64,000 bases of DNA from an uncultured Alphaproteobacteria bacterium (GTDB taxonomy: Bacteria > Pseudomonadota > Alphaproteobacteria > HIMB59 > GCA-002718135): NCBI GenBank assembly GCA_902553005.1, contig CACDIK010000004.1, positions 5,379 to 69,378 on the forward strand, given 5' to 3'. The position numbers and the translations under genes are program-made. How positions within the stretch are numbered: the stretch's first letter is position 1; each line of letters begins with the position of its first letter. Positions 1-11,064 of the stretch are shown here, piece by piece. The notes below the pieces were generated by a model that had not been told where the DNA came from, made no database searches, and worked only from the letters and a program-made list of their open reading frames with translations.

Positions 1-261
1 GATGTGGGAATAATTATTAGCCAAAGATACAACGATGGGCTCAATATTTTCAGCAATTGGATTTTTAAGTTTTTCATTATTGGCTAAATATACTTTTGAA
101 ACTTTTTCACATTTAGAAATATTTTTAGCCAGCTCTTCGCATTCATAACCTGTTACCAAAACATGGATATCTTGGTCTATTTGCGATGCTGCAGATATAG
201 TATTTAAGGTTGATGACTTAATATCTGTATTATTATGTTCTGCTAATACTAATATTGTCAT
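1..261 (-). CDS. etfA: Electron transfer flavoprotein alpha subunit, N-terminal fragment (truncated by window edge)
   Basis: My reverse-strand translation from the ATG at 259-261 reads [39 protein letters not shown]..., typical of an EtfA N-terminus. The start overlaps the etfB stop (ATGA), giving the usual etfB-etfA order. Confidence 0.8.
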   Translation of the reverse strand, partial: MTILVLAEHNNTDIKSSTLNTISAASQIDQDIHVLVTGYECEELAKNISKCEKVSKVYLANNEKLKNPIAENIEPIVVSLANNYSHI

Positions 262-1007
262 ATTACTTTTGCCTCATGTTTAAGTTTTTGAACTAATTCA
301 GCAACATCATTTACCATGATTCCTTTTTGTCTAACAGGTGGTTCTTCTACTTTTATCTGTTCAATCCTAGGTTCTATATTTATACCAAGTGAAGATGCTT
401 CTTTTGTATCAATTGGCTTTTTCTTTGCTTTCATTATATTTGGCAAAGAAGCATACCTTGGTTCATTAAGTCGAAGATCACATGATGCTACAAATGGTAT
501 AGAAACTTTTATCCTTTCCAAACCTTCATCAATTTCTCTTGTAACTATTGCATTTTGCCCCTCAATTTCAATTTTAGACGCAAATGTAGCCTGAGGCCAA
601 TTAAGTAAAGCAGATGTCATTTGACCGGTTTGATTAGAGTCATCATCAATTGCTTGTTTTCCCATTAAAATAATTGATGGTTTTTCTTCTTCAGCAACTT
701 TAGAAATTATTTTAGAAATAGCTAGAGGTTCTAAATCATTTTCCGTTTTAACATGTATACCCCTATCAGCTCCCATTGCTAATGCAGTTCGGATAGTTTC
801 TTGAGCCTTATCATTACCTACGGAGAGAATTATAATCTCATCTGCTTTACCAGCTTCTTTTATTCGTAGAGCTTCTTCTACCGCATTTTCATCAGGAGGA
901 TTCATGGACATTTTTACATTATCTTTTTCAACTCCTGAACCATCAGCTTTAACCCTGATTTGAACATTATAATCTATGACTCTTTTTACAGTAACAAGTA
1001 ACTTCAT
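258..1007 (-). CDS. etfB: Electron transfer flavoprotein beta subunit
   Basis: 249 aa. [19 protein letters not shown]...[16 protein letters not shown]...[18 protein letters not shown] is the canonical EtfB pattern. It lies between a flavoprotein dehydrogenase gene and etfA. Confidence 0.9.
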   Translation of the reverse strand: MKLLVTVKRVIDYNVQIRVKADGSGVEKDNVKMSMNPPDENAVEEALRIKEAGKADEIIILSVGNDKAQETIRTALAMGADRGIHVKTENDLEPLAISKIISKVAEEEKPSIILMGKQAIDDDSNQTGQMTSALLNWPQATFASKIEIEGQNAIVTREIDEGLERIKVSIPFVASCDLRLNEPRYASLPNIMKAKKKPIDTKEASSLGINIEPRIEQIKVEEPPVRQKGIMVNDVAELVQKLKHEAKVI

Positions 1008-1008
1008 A

Positions 1009-3444
1009 CTATTGCTTTAGTTTTTCATTTTTAGGATCATAAGGACTATCCTCTATAACTGTTACATTGTATTTTTTATCTAAAATATCCATTTCTAATT
1101 TTTGACCAACGGCTGTAAATTGAGGTTCTACCATACCAATTGCTAATGATTTTTTCACTCTAAAACCATAGTTACCTCCTGTCGCACGACCTATAACTTT
1201 TCCATTATTATAAATAGGATTATTACCCAAAGCATCCGCATCTTCAACATCATGAACCTCTAAAGTTACCATTTTGTTTTTAAAACCATTTTGCTGCCAT
1301 TTAACAAGAGAATCTCTTCCAATAAAATTCCCTTTATTTAAATGTACAAATCTTTCTAATCCAGACTCAAAAGCTGCATATTCTATAGACATTTCGGTAC
1401 CAACCAATTTATAGGTTTTTTCAACACGTAAGCTTTCCATCGCTCTAATACCAAATGGTTTAAGCCCATGATCTTTTCCTGCTTCCATCAATTTATCAAA
1501 AATATGGTTTTGATATTCAATTGGATGATGTAATTCCCATCCGAGTTCTCCAACAAAATTCATTCGCATAGCAATACTAGGGGCTAAACCAACGTTGATT
1601 TTTTTTGAGGATAACCATGGGAAATTTTCATTAGATAAATTAGTCTTTGTAATTTTGGAAAGTATATCTCTTGATTTAGGTCCTGCTAAAACAAGAACAC
1701 CCATACTGTTAGTTAGATTTTCATAAATTACTGTTCCATCTTTGGGCATCCATTTATGAATCCAATCATGATCTAATCTTTGAAATGCTCCTGCTGAAAC
1801 TAAATAAAACGAATTTTCTTTTTCTTTCGCAATTGTAAATTCTGAGTGAACTCCTCCAGCAGTATTTAGTGCATGACAAAGATTAACTCTTCCAATTTTT
1901 TTAGGGATTTTGTTTGCAACCAAGTAGTCTAGAAATTCTTCTGCACCAGGTCCTGAAATCCGACATTTAGCAAAGGCAGTCATATCTAGAAGGCCAGCAT
2001 TATTCTGAACATTCAAGCACTCGTTGCCAACATGTTCAAACCATTTTGATCTTCTAAATGACCAATCATCTTTTTGTAATTCTTTTGAAGGTGCAAACCA
2101 GTTAGCACGCTCCCAACCAAACTTTTGACCAAAAACTGCACCAAGATTTTTTAATCTATCATAACAAGGAGCTTGTCTTAATGGACGTCCCTCTTCTCTT
2201 TCTTCATCAGGATAGTGTACTGTAAAGACATTCGCGTAAGCTTCTTCATTCTTTTTAATCAAATATGCCTCTGTTGCATAATCACCAAATCTTCTAGGAT
2301 CTACACCTAACATATCAATTGTAGGTTCACCGTCTACTATCCACTCGGCAATTTGCCATCCTGCTCCACCAGCTGCAGTAATTCCAAAACTATGTCCTTC
2401 ATTTAACCAGAAATTTTTAAGTCCCCATGCCGGCCCAACAATTGGACTTCCATCTGGTGTATAACAAATAGCACCATTGTAAACTTTCTTAACTCCAACT
2501 TCTCCAAAAATAGGAACACGGTGCATTGCTGATTCAATGTGAGGCTCTAAGCGCTCCAGGTCTTCTTGAAATAATTCAAATTCAGATTCTTTGTCAGGTC
2601 CATTTACATAACAAACGGGAGCTCCTTTTTCATAAGGCCCTAATATCAATCCTCCTCTTTCTTCACGCATATACCAAGAACTATCAGAATCTCGTAAGAC
2701 TCCCATTTCGGGAAGTCCTTGTTCTTTTCTTTTTAATATTTCAGGATGATCGTCAGTCACTATGTATTGGTGTTCAACAGGTATAACTGGAATATCAAGT
2801 CCGACCATCTTTCCAGTTTGTCTTGCAAAATTACCACTACATGACACTACATGCTCACATTCAATAGAACCTTTATCAGTTTCTACAATCCATAAATCAT
2901 CTTTATTTTTTTTAATACCAGTTACAGAAGTATTTCTATAAATTTCAGCACCTTTATCTCTTGCTCCTTTTGCTAGAGCTTGAGTTAGATCGGCTGGTTG
3001 AATGTATCCATCTTCAGGATGTTGAATTGCACCTATCAATCCATCTGTATTACAAAGGGGCCAAATTTCTTTTACTTGTTCAGGTGTTAAAAATTTAACA
3101 TCTACACCTATTGTTTTTGCAACTCCTGAATATTGATAATACTCATCCATTCTATCTTGAGTAGTTGCTAAACGGATATTTGAAACCACACTAAAACCAA
3201 CTTTTTGTCCTGTTTCTTCTTCAAGAGTTTTGTAAAGTTTGACTGCGTATTTATGCAATTGACCTACTGAATAACTCATATTGAATAATGGAAGTAAACC
3301 TGCTGCATGCCATGTTGATCCTGAAGTTAATTCTTTTCTTTCAACCAGGACTACATCTGACCAACCCTTTTTGGCTAAATGATAGAGAGTGCTAACGCCT
3401 ACAGCACCTCCACCGATGACAACTACTTTTGACTTTGATTTCAT
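1009..3444 (-). CDS. Dimethylglycine/sarcosine dehydrogenase family flavoenzyme (DAO FAD domain fused to a GcvT folate-binding domain)
   Basis: 811 aa. N-terminal Rossmann motif [22 protein letters not shown] resembles the covalent-FAD histidine context of DMGDH/SARDH. Long C-terminal aminomethyltransferase-like domain. EtfBA lies immediately downstream as the expected electron acceptor. Confidence 0.85.
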   Translation of the reverse strand: MKSKSKVVVIGGGAVGVSTLYHLAKKGWSDVVLVERKELTSGSTWHAAGLLPLFNMSYSVGQLHKYAVKLYKTLEEETGQKVGFSVVSNIRLATTQDRMDEYYQYSGVAKTIGVDVKFLTPEQVKEIWPLCNTDGLIGAIQHPEDGYIQPADLTQALAKGARDKGAEIYRNTSVTGIKKNKDDLWIVETDKGSIECEHVVSCSGNFARQTGKMVGLDIPVIPVEHQYIVTDDHPEILKRKEQGLPEMGVLRDSDSSWYMREERGGLILGPYEKGAPVCYVNGPDKESEFELFQEDLERLEPHIESAMHRVPIFGEVGVKKVYNGAICYTPDGSPIVGPAWGLKNFWLNEGHSFGITAAGGAGWQIAEWIVDGEPTIDMLGVDPRRFGDYATEAYLIKKNEEAYANVFTVHYPDEEREEGRPLRQAPCYDRLKNLGAVFGQKFGWERANWFAPSKELQKDDWSFRRSKWFEHVGNECLNVQNNAGLLDMTAFAKCRISGPGAEEFLDYLVANKIPKKIGRVNLCHALNTAGGVHSEFTIAKEKENSFYLVSAGAFQRLDHDWIHKWMPKDGTVIYENLTNSMGVLVLAGPKSRDILSKITKTNLSNENFPWLSSKKINVGLAPSIAMRMNFVGELGWELHHPIEYQNHIFDKLMEAGKDHGLKPFGIRAMESLRVEKTYKLVGTEMSIEYAAFESGLERFVHLNKGNFIGRDSLVKWQQNGFKNKMVTLEVHDVEDADALGNNPIYNNGKVIGRATGGNYGFRVKKSLAIGMVEPQFTAVGQKLEMDILDKKYNVTVIEDSPYDPKNEKLKQ

Positions 3445-3498
3445 TATTACTATTTAATATGGTACTTCATTAATCATATTAAATAAGGTGGGTCAATC

Positions 3499-4119
3499 AT
3501 GAGATACTTTAAAAAAATAATTTTGGTGGTTATAATGAGTGCGTTTATTTGTCTTCCTATAAAGGCTGAAATGACTCTTAAAGAATTGTTTTTTGATGAG
3601 TCTAAGCCTTTTCATTTAAAAATTTTAGATGTTATTCCTGAAGAGGGAATTGTTCAAATTGGTGATGAAAATGCAAACAATACCATTATTGAATTTATGG
3701 ATTATTTTTGTGGATATTGTAAAAAAGTCCATCCTGAATTACTTCAGATTGCAAGTGAAAGAAAAGATACACGAATAGTATTCTTACAACATCCAATTTT
3801 AAGTGAGTCTTCTAAATTACTAGCAAATATGGTTATAGCTGCAAACATGCAGAACAAAGGTATCGATTTTCATAATGCATTGTTTGAAGTCGAAGGAAAT
3901 TTAAATAATGCAAAACTAAAACAAATAATTGAAAATCTTGAGTTAAATGATGCTAAATTAAATATCGATATGACAAAAGAAAGTGTTAATAATATCGTAA
4001 GACTGAGTTCTTTTTTAGCTAATGGATCAGGTGCTCGAGGTACTCCTACTTTTTTTGTTAATGAAGAACTTGTTGTTGGTTATATCTCTATTGATAGAAT
4101 AAAAGCTTTATTAAAATAA
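3499..4119 (+). CDS. DsbA-family thiol:disulfide oxidoreductase (secreted)
   Basis: 206 aa. Has a signal peptide, a thioredoxin-fold CxxC motif (FCGYCKK) and the C-terminal ...GTPTFFVN... typical of DsbA-like proteins. Confidence 0.75.
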   Translation: MRYFKKIILVVIMSAFICLPIKAEMTLKELFFDESKPFHLKILDVIPEEGIVQIGDENANNTIIEFMDYFCGYCKKVHPELLQIASERKDTRIVFLQHPILSESSKLLANMVIAANMQNKGIDFHNALFEVEGNLNNAKLKQIIENLELNDAKLNIDMTKESVNNIVRLSSFLANGSGARGTPTFFVNEELVVGYISIDRIKALLK

Positions 4120-4150
4120 AGAAGCTCTGTTTCATTAAATAGAGCTTCTT
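4119..4150. terminator. Perfect 10-bp inverted repeat between convergent genes (possible bidirectional terminator)
   Basis: aagaagctct (4119-4128), a 12-nt loop, then agagcttctt (4141-4150). It sits between the stops of the DsbA-like gene (+) and the GcvT-like gene (-). The flanking U-tracts are weak. Confidence 0.4.
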
Positions 4151-4158
4151 AAAATATT

Positions 4159-5493
4159 TTATTTATCTACTACTTCTCTAGTATTAGCGTTGTGTGATTC
4201 AGTAAAAGGAATTGGCACAACTTCTGCATCTACTGGTACACCAGGTGTATCTGCATATTGATCAGGTAGATGAACCTTGAATTTGCGACCAAAATTTCCA
4301 ATAGGAAAACCATTTTTATTTAGAGTTCCATCAAATGGTACATAGCCCATAGCAATATTCCTTCCTTGCTCAGGATGATACCAAGGAGATGTTATGAATC
4401 CACAGGGTTCATTTCCATCTTCAGAAACAAGCCAAAAATCAGGAGCATATTCCTCGATGGGTTTTCCTCCTAAGCTTAATCCAACTAACTGAAGCTTATA
4501 TGGTTTTTTTCCTTCTTTTAATTCAGCCTTCATCTTTTCAAGAACAGCCTTACCAACATAGTCAGAAGTTTTATTCCACTCACCCTTACCAGATAAAGAT
4601 ACTTGATAACCTAGATTACATTGAAAAGGATTGTGTTGATTATCCATATCTTGACCCCAAGATAGAATGCCGGCTTGAATTCTACGGTGATGAGCTGGGG
4701 CTATGACCATAAGATTATGTTTTTTTCCTGCTTCTAAGACAGCATTCCACATATCATCAGCATATTTCGTTGATTCATATAAGTATATTTCAAATCCTGC
4801 TTCTCCAGAAAAACCAGTTTGTGAAATTATACAATCTCTTCCACCAACTTTAGCAGCAGCAAGTCCATAAAATGGCATTTCATCAACTTTAACTTGATCG
4901 CCTATTAAATCATTCATCAAAGCGTGCGCTTTTGGACCTTGGATTTGAACTGGGCTTACATCAATTTCATCAATATGGACATTAAATCTATTATCATGAT
5001 TTACACCTTGCAAATACAAACCAATATCTGAGTCAGATAAAGAAAACCAAAACTCATCCTTTGAAATTCTTAAAAGAATAGGATCATTTAAAACACCGCC
5101 GTACTGATTACAAAGAATTACATATCTTCCTCTCATTGGAGATATTTTCGTAGCATCTCTTGTTATAACATAATCGACAAAAGCCTCAGCATCAGGTCCT
5201 TTAACTTGAATTTGTCTTTCAACTGCAACATTCCACATGGTAACATGATTTTTAATTGCCTCATACTCAACCATTGCTCCACCATCTTCTGGTTTTACAT
5301 AACCCCTCGGATGATAAATCCTATTATAAACTGTTGCTCTCCAACATCCCGCCTCCATTGACAAATGCCAATAAGGTGATTTTCTCACTCTTGTTGAAAT
5401 AAGCATTTGAACTGGTGTAGGACCACTTTGTCTTAAATTGTAGGGAACCTTTCTGTCCGATTGATCCACTGACGTAGAATGTTTAATCATCAT
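4159..5493 (-). CDS. GcvT-family (DmdA-like) tetrahydrofolate-dependent aminomethyltransferase/demethylase, substrate unknown
   Basis: 444 aa. The N-terminus ...RKSPYWHLSMEAGCWRATVYNRIYHP... follows the R-x-(S/T)-P...TVYN pattern of the DmdA/GcvT clade. It is longer than canonical GcvT or DmdA. A good SD (AAGGAG) lies upstream. Confidence 0.8.
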   Translation of the reverse strand: MMIKHSTSVDQSDRKVPYNLRQSGPTPVQMLISTRVRKSPYWHLSMEAGCWRATVYNRIYHPRGYVKPEDGGAMVEYEAIKNHVTMWNVAVERQIQVKGPDAEAFVDYVITRDATKISPMRGRYVILCNQYGGVLNDPILLRISKDEFWFSLSDSDIGLYLQGVNHDNRFNVHIDEIDVSPVQIQGPKAHALMNDLIGDQVKVDEMPFYGLAAAKVGGRDCIISQTGFSGEAGFEIYLYESTKYADDMWNAVLEAGKKHNLMVIAPAHHRRIQAGILSWGQDMDNQHNPFQCNLGYQVSLSGKGEWNKTSDYVGKAVLEKMKAELKEGKKPYKLQLVGLSLGGKPIEEYAPDFWLVSEDGNEPCGFITSPWYHPEQGRNIAMGYVPFDGTLNKNGFPIGNFGRKFKVHLPDQYADTPGVPVDAEVVPIPFTESHNANTREVVDK

Positions 5494-5641
5494 AAACTCC
5501 TTAAATAAATATGATAATTCTGTATTTAATCTTTAAATACTCCGCAATAATAAAATGTGTGTGATACAAAGAAAATGGTGGACCTTAATTCGGTCAAAAT
5601 TTAGTCTTAGTTTTGACAGCAAAATTTGATAATGGAAATCT

Positions 5642-6547
5642 ATGAAATTTAAATATTTAATATCAATTATCTCTATTCTAATTTTTTTAACGGGTTGCTC
5701 TGCTAGCTATAAAGAACTATCTACTATGGAAACTAATAAACCAAGAAACTTTCAAGAACACTTATTGTCCGAATACAAAAAAAGAGCTACTTTCGAAGCG
5801 GAAGAGATGCATGATTGGAATTCAGCAAAATTATATTCTGAAAAAGCTCTCAAGAGTTTAGGAACTGATGAAATATATCCTGAAGAAATTTCATATTGGA
5901 AGTTGCCAGAGGAAAATATTAACGAAATAAGAATTGCATATGATAACCTTATGACAATTTATAAAGATGCTAAAAAAATTGATCCTTTTAATTTAGCAAA
6001 AGCAATCTCATCATTAGACTGCTGGTCAGAGCAACAGGAGGAAAATTGGCAAACATGGGATATTAATAGTTGCAAGAATGATTTCTTGAACGCTATGCAT
6101 AATATTTATGAAAAAATATCTACTCAAGAAAATGAACAGGAAAATACAAATAAAAATAATAATTTAGAAAATGAAACGAAAGATGAAGTAACAATTGTTA
6201 CTAAAAATGAAAATAAAGAATTAATGCAAATAATATATTTTGATTTTGATAAATTCAATTTATCTGAAGTAAGTAAAGATAAAATAAAAAAATTTTTAAA
6301 TAATTATGGAAGTGTTATTAATGAGTATCTAATCGTTGGACATACTGATACTAAAGGAACAAATAAATATAATTTATCATTATCTATTAAAAGAGCTGAA
6401 GTTGTAAAAGAAATTTTAATTAATTATGGAATTAATCAAAATAGTATAAAAATTTTAGGCAAAGGTGAAGAAACCTTAGCTGTAAATACTCCCGATGATA
6501 CCAAACAACCAGCAAATAGAAGAGTAGAAATAAAAAAAACAAATTAA
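5642..6547 (+). CDS. OmpA-domain lipoprotein
   Basis: 301 aa. Lipobox LTGC. C-terminal OmpA-like peptidoglycan-binding domain (GHTDTKGTNKYNLSLSIKRAEVVKEIL...NRRVEI). Confidence 0.75.
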   Translation: MKFKYLISIISILIFLTGCSASYKELSTMETNKPRNFQEHLLSEYKKRATFEAEEMHDWNSAKLYSEKALKSLGTDEIYPEEISYWKLPEENINEIRIAYDNLMTIYKDAKKIDPFNLAKAISSLDCWSEQQEENWQTWDINSCKNDFLNAMHNIYEKISTQENEQENTNKNNNLENETKDEVTIVTKNENKELMQIIYFDFDKFNLSEVSKDKIKKFLNNYGSVINEYLIVGHTDTKGTNKYNLSLSIKRAEVVKEILINYGINQNSIKILGKGEETLAVNTPDDTKQPANRRVEIKKTN

Positions 6548-6587
6548 CTTTTGTTTATAATAATTTTGGTATATTGAGCTTTCTTCA

Positions 6588-6980
6588 ATGTATTCTAAAA
6601 CAACAAAAAAAATAAACATTACTGTAAAACCATATTATCTTGAGGATCAATCTGAACCAGAAGATCAGCATTATGTATGGGCATATAAGGTAACAATTGA
6701 TAATCAAGGCAAAGAAAAAGTGCAACTTGTAAACAGACACTGGAAAATTATTGATGCTAATGGCACATTACAAGAAGTACGCGGAAAAGGTGTTGTTGGA
6801 GAACAGCCTGTACTTAATCCTGGTGAAAAATTTGAATACACAAGTGGAACTCCTTTAACTACTTCATCTGGTTTTATGGAAGGAACTTACGAGATGCAAA
6901 ATGATAATGGGAATACTTTTGATGTTCAAATTCCTCAATTTTCATTAGATACGCCATTTGAAAATAACAAATTAAATTAA
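6588..6980 (+). CDS. apaG: ApaG (DUF525) protein
   Basis: 130 aa. ITVKPYYLEDQSEP..YVWAYKVTIDNQG...RHWKIIDANG...VRGKGVVGEQPVLNPGEKFEYTSG is the conserved ApaG pattern. Confidence 0.85.
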   Translation: MYSKTTKKINITVKPYYLEDQSEPEDQHYVWAYKVTIDNQGKEKVQLVNRHWKIIDANGTLQEVRGKGVVGEQPVLNPGEKFEYTSGTPLTTSSGFMEGTYEMQNDNGNTFDVQIPQFSLDTPFENNKLN

Positions 6981-6993
6981 TTTATAAAAAAGA

Positions 6994-8442
6994 ATGAGAG
7001 ACTTTAGGTCGATATTAAACATAATCGGTTTACTAATATGTATTGAAGCATTGGCAATGCTAATACCAATGTGCTTTGATCTTTATTATGGCAATTATGA
7101 ATGGTTACAGTTTTTTTATTCTAGTTTAATCACATTTTTTATAGGTATAATTTTATATTTTTCATTTAGAAAAAAAAATATTAAGCTTGGAATTAGACAG
7201 GCGTTTTTGTTAACAATTTCATCTTGGTTAGTAATATCTCTTTTTGGTGCAATTCCTTTTGTCTATTCATCGTCTTCACTCTCATATACGGATGCTTTTT
7301 TTGAATCTGTGAGTGGAATTACTACAACTGGCGCAACGGTTATTAATAATTTAGAAAACTTATCAGAAGGTATATTAATTTGGAGATCTCTTCTTCAATG
7401 GTTTGGAGGAATAGGAATTATTGTTCTTGCAATGGCTATATTGCCAACTTTACAAATTGGTGGAATGCAGCTGTTACACATGGAACATGATGATCCTTAT
7501 GAAAAAACTATCCCTAAAGTTAATCGATTTGTAATTGAATTATTTCTACTTTACGTATTTTTATCAGTTATTTGTGCCTTTTTATATTTTGTAAATGGAA
7601 TGAAAGGCTTTGATTCCATTATTCATGCAATGACTACAATTTCAACTGGTGGATTTTCCAATTACAATGAATCTTTTTTATATTTTAATTCTTTTCAAAT
7701 TGAGATTATAAGTGTTATTTTTATGTTGATTGGCAGTTTGCCATTTGTCTTATATTTACAATTTCTACACAATCAAAAAAAGTTAATATTTAAAGACGAT
7801 CAAATAAAATTATTCTTTCTAATTCTGTTTATAATTATTTTATTAACGACAATTTGGTTAATTACTAATCAATCTATAGACACAATATCTGCTTTTAGGA
7901 TTGCTTTATTCAATATTACATCAATTTTAACTGGTACTGGCTATACTAGTAGTAATTTTTCTAATTGGGGAAGTTTTGGAATTGTAATAATGATGATTAT
8001 TATGTTTGTTGGTGGATGTGCTGGATCTACCACCGGTGGAATTAAGATATTTAGATTGCAAATTTTGTTTAGAGGAGCAATTACACAAATTAGAAAGTTA
8101 ACTCAACCTCATGCAGTCTTGGTTATGCGGTTTAATGGCAAGACAGTTAATGAAAATACTTATAACTCAATTATGGGTTTTTTCTTTATGTATATATTTT
8201 TATTTATTTTATCTGCAGTAAGTTTAAGCTTATTCAATTTGGATTTTCTTACTGCCTTTTCAGCAGCAGCTTCTGCAATATCAAATGTTGGACCTGGTTT
8301 AGGTGAAATTATTGGACCTAGTGGAAATTATTTTTTTCTAGATAATGGAGCTAAATGGATATTAGCAATTACGATGATTATTGGAAGATTAGAAATTTTT
8401 ACAGTATTAGTTTTATTGTCTATAAACTTTTGGAGGAGTTAA
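6994..8442 (+). CDS. trkH: TrkH-family potassium uptake membrane protein
   Basis: 482 aa polytopic membrane protein. It carries the repeated pore-loop motifs SGITTTGAT, TISTGGFSN, LTGTGYTS and ISNVGPGLG. Confidence 0.85.
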   Translation: MRDFRSILNIIGLLICIEALAMLIPMCFDLYYGNYEWLQFFYSSLITFFIGIILYFSFRKKNIKLGIRQAFLLTISSWLVISLFGAIPFVYSSSSLSYTDAFFESVSGITTTGATVINNLENLSEGILIWRSLLQWFGGIGIIVLAMAILPTLQIGGMQLLHMEHDDPYEKTIPKVNRFVIELFLLYVFLSVICAFLYFVNGMKGFDSIIHAMTTISTGGFSNYNESFLYFNSFQIEIISVIFMLIGSLPFVLYLQFLHNQKKLIFKDDQIKLFFLILFIIILLTTIWLITNQSIDTISAFRIALFNITSILTGTGYTSSNFSNWGSFGIVIMMIIMFVGGCAGSTTGGIKIFRLQILFRGAITQIRKLTQPHAVLVMRFNGKTVNENTYNSIMGFFFMYIFLFILSAVSLSLFNLDFLTAFSAAASAISNVGPGLGEIIGPSGNYFFLDNGAKWILAITMIIGRLEIFTVLVLLSINFWRS

Positions 8443-9011
8443 AAACTTAAATAATCTCCCATATAAATAGATAATTGGTTTATCGTTTCATTTATATAAT
8501 CTCCCATTGCTAAAATTAATAATTCGTTAATAATTATTTCAGTTTCATTTAAAGAAATATATTTTTGAGAAGTTGTAGATCTTGAAGACTCTACTGTTGT
8601 ATTAGCTATTAAGAAACCACTACTATCATAAAGTTCATATTCAACTAAATAAAATAGTTCGTAATTGAATATTGTTCTTTCCTCATATTTTTTAGCACCA
8701 ACATTCATTATTTCAGTTTTTTTAATAGATGCATCTAAAATGTTTATAACTAACTTGTTTTCGTTTCCAAGTTTAAGAATGTTTTGACTATTCCATTCAA
8801 CCATTAAATTAATTGGAGATTTTTGTATTTGATCTTCAATATTAGATTTAGAAAATACTGAATTATATTTCTTATTAACTTCAATTTGTGTTGCATTTAT
8901 TGATATTTTTTCAAATCTAGATGTATCAATTTCAACTGGTTTTAATATTTCAACTGGTTGACAAGATAGAATAACAAAAAAAGTTAAGATGAAACTATTT
9001 TTTAAGTACAT
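8439..9011 (-). CDS. Hypothetical lipoprotein
   Basis: 190 aa. Signal peptide with lipobox (VILSCQP). I recognise no family. It overlaps the argF stop by 17 nt, so it is probably co-transcribed. Confidence 0.5.
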   Translation of the reverse strand: MYLKNSFILTFFVILSCQPVEILKPVEIDTSRFEKISINATQIEVNKKYNSVFSKSNIEDQIQKSPINLMVEWNSQNILKLGNENKLVINILDASIKKTEIMNVGAKKYEERTIFNYELFYLVEYELYDSSGFLIANTTVESSRSTTSQKYISLNETEIIINELLILAMGDYINETINQLSIYMGDYLSF

Positions 9012-9888
9012 AAATTAATATCGCTTGTTGAATATACATTCTATTTTTAGCTTGCTTTAATACAACAGAGTTTTTACCGTCTAGAACTTCTGATGTTACT
9101 TCTTTTCCTCTTTTTGCTGGTAAACAATGCATAAAAATTGCATTATTTAATGCATTAGTCATAATTTTTTTATTCACAGTAAAATTTTTAAAATATCTTA
9201 TTTTATTATTTTTTTCACCCATGGAAACCCAAACATCAGTCATTATGCAATTTGATTTTTTTACACCCTCAATCGGATCTGCAAAATATTTTAAATTTTT
9301 ATTCTTTAATTTTAGAAATTCATTTTTATAATGTTTAAAAATTTGATTTGGTACAACTACATTAAGTTTAAAATTATAAATATTTTGTAAATGAATAAGT
9401 GAACGTAAAACATTATTATAATCGCCTATCCAAACAATACCTAAATTCTTATAATTTTTAAAATTCTCTTGCAAGGTTAAAAAATCTCCAAGTATTTGAC
9501 ATGGATGACTATATTCAGTTAAGCCATTTATAATTGGAAGAACATTTTCTTTACTTAAATTTACTATTTGTTTGTGATTATTATTTCTTATCATTACACA
9601 ATCAATATATTGACTTAATACATTAAGAACATCTTCTGCTTTTTCTCTTTTATTATCAAAGCCAATATCTTTACTTTGTAGTTCTAAAACAGAACCCCCT
9701 AATTTTTGCATTCCTACACTAAAGCTAAGTCTAGTTCTTAATGATTGCTTTTCAAAAATTAGACCCAGAGTTTTATCTTTACAAAATGAAGAATATTTTT
9801 TTGGATTTTTTTTAATTTTTTTAGCAAGTGAAATTATTTCATCAATTTCATTTTTTTTAAAATTATTTATATCAATAAAATGTTTCAT
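8995..9888 (-). CDS. argF: Ornithine carbamoyltransferase
   Basis: 297 aa. Carbamoyl-phosphate motif S-x-RTR (SLRTRLSF), plus HPCQ and HCLP motifs. It lies directly downstream of argD. Confidence 0.8.
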   Translation of the reverse strand: MKHFIDINNFKKNEIDEIISLAKKIKKNPKKYSSFCKDKTLGLIFEKQSLRTRLSFSVGMQKLGGSVLELQSKDIGFDNKREKAEDVLNVLSQYIDCVMIRNNNHKQIVNLSKENVLPIINGLTEYSHPCQILGDFLTLQENFKNYKNLGIVWIGDYNNVLRSLIHLQNIYNFKLNVVVPNQIFKHYKNEFLKLKNKNLKYFADPIEGVKKSNCIMTDVWVSMGEKNNKIRYFKNFTVNKKIMTNALNNAIFMHCLPAKRGKEVTSEVLDGKNSVVLKQAKNRMYIQQAILIYVLKK

Positions 9889-11063
9889 CTTGACAATTCC
9901 TTCAAGCTTTTTTTAATTATAGAAATTGATTTATCAATCTCTTTATAAGATACAATAAGTGGTGGTGCTAGTCTTACTGTATTATCTGCAGCAGGTACAT
10001 TTAGTAATTTATTTTTTTTAAGTTGTTCAGAAAAATCTATATTGCTAATATTTGTTTTAATTCCCAATAAAAATCCTGCACCTCTAACCTCTGAAATAAT
10101 ATTTGATGAATTCTCTAATATTTTTAAATTTTGCCAGAAATATCTTGCCCTTTTATCAACTTTTGAGAGAAATTTTTTATTAGAGATAATTTTTAAAACT
10201 TCTAATCCTACACTCATGGCTAGCGGATTACCACCATAGGTTGATCCATGACTACCTTTAGTCATTGCAACACATGCTTTGTCTGTTGACATACAAGCTC
10301 CAAGTGGAAAACCCGATCCAATACCTTTTGCTACAGATATAATATCTGGTTTTATTTTAGCCCATTCATGTGAAAATAATTTACCTGATCTTCCAAATCC
10401 ACACTGAACCTCATCAAAAAAAAGTAAGATTTTCTTTTCGTTACAGATTTTTCTTAGTAATTTTAAAAAACTTAGATTGGCGGGGCGAATACCTCCTTCT
10501 CCCTGAATTGGTTCAATCATAATACCAGCTGTTTTTTTATTTATTGCCGAAATTAATTTTTTTTCATTATTAAATTCAATTTGTTTAAAGCCTGTAAGCA
10601 TAGGGCCAAAACCTTTAGAGTATTTATTGTTTTTTTGTGCTGAAAGAGCTCCATAAGTTCTTCCGTGGAAGGCACCATCAAAAGTAATAATCTCTGTTTT
10701 ATTAGTATTGTGATATGAATGATATCCTCTTATTATTTTAATTCCGCATTCAATAGATTCAGCTCCTGAATTAGTAAAAAAGACTTTGTCTGCAAAAGAA
10801 TTTTTACAAAGTAATTTTGCAAATTGTTCTTGTTTTTTAATTTTATATAAGTTTGAAACATGCCAGAGCTGTTTCGATTGCTTATTGAGCACCTCTATAA
10901 GTTTGGGATGACAATGACCAAGAGAATTTACAGCTATTCCACTTGCAAAATCTAAATATTTTTTATTTTGACTAGTGTATAAATAACACCCCTTACCTTT
11001 TATGAATTCAAGATTTTTATTGCCATAAGTTGGCATAACATGTGATAAAAGATTGCTCACCAT
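9885..11063 (-). CDS. argD: Acetylornithine aminotransferase (class III PLP aminotransferase)
   Basis: 392 aa. Carries ...FTNSGAESIE..., DEVQCGFGRSGK and a PLP-lysine context (ISVAKGIGSGFP). Adjacent to argF. Confidence 0.85.
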   Translation of the reverse strand: MVSNLLSHVMPTYGNKNLEFIKGKGCYLYTSQNKKYLDFASGIAVNSLGHCHPKLIEVLNKQSKQLWHVSNLYKIKKQEQFAKLLCKNSFADKVFFTNSGAESIECGIKIIRGYHSYHNTNKTEIITFDGAFHGRTYGALSAQKNNKYSKGFGPMLTGFKQIEFNNEKKLISAINKKTAGIMIEPIQGEGGIRPANLSFLKLLRKICNEKKILLFFDEVQCGFGRSGKLFSHEWAKIKPDIISVAKGIGSGFPLGACMSTDKACVAMTKGSHGSTYGGNPLAMSVGLEVLKIISNKKFLSKVDKRARYFWQNLKILENSSNIISEVRGAGFLLGIKTNISNIDFSEQLKKNKLLNVPAADNTVRLAPPLIVSYKEIDKSISIIKKSLKELSR

Positions 11064-11064
11064 A

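Noticed and set aside
316-594. 92-aa + strand ORF inside etfB, and similar antisense ORFs inside the DMGDH gene, the GcvT-like gene, argD, groEL, the SBP gene and others
   Set aside because: All are fully contained antisense within strongly supported conserved genes and are typical shadow ORFs.
5494-5641. Possible glycine riboswitch upstream of the GcvT-like gene
   Set aside because: I read the minus-strand leader for the conserved glycine-aptamer cores (GGAGAG...CACCG...). I found neither these nor tandem aptamer-like stems. The region looks like plain AT-rich promoter DNA.
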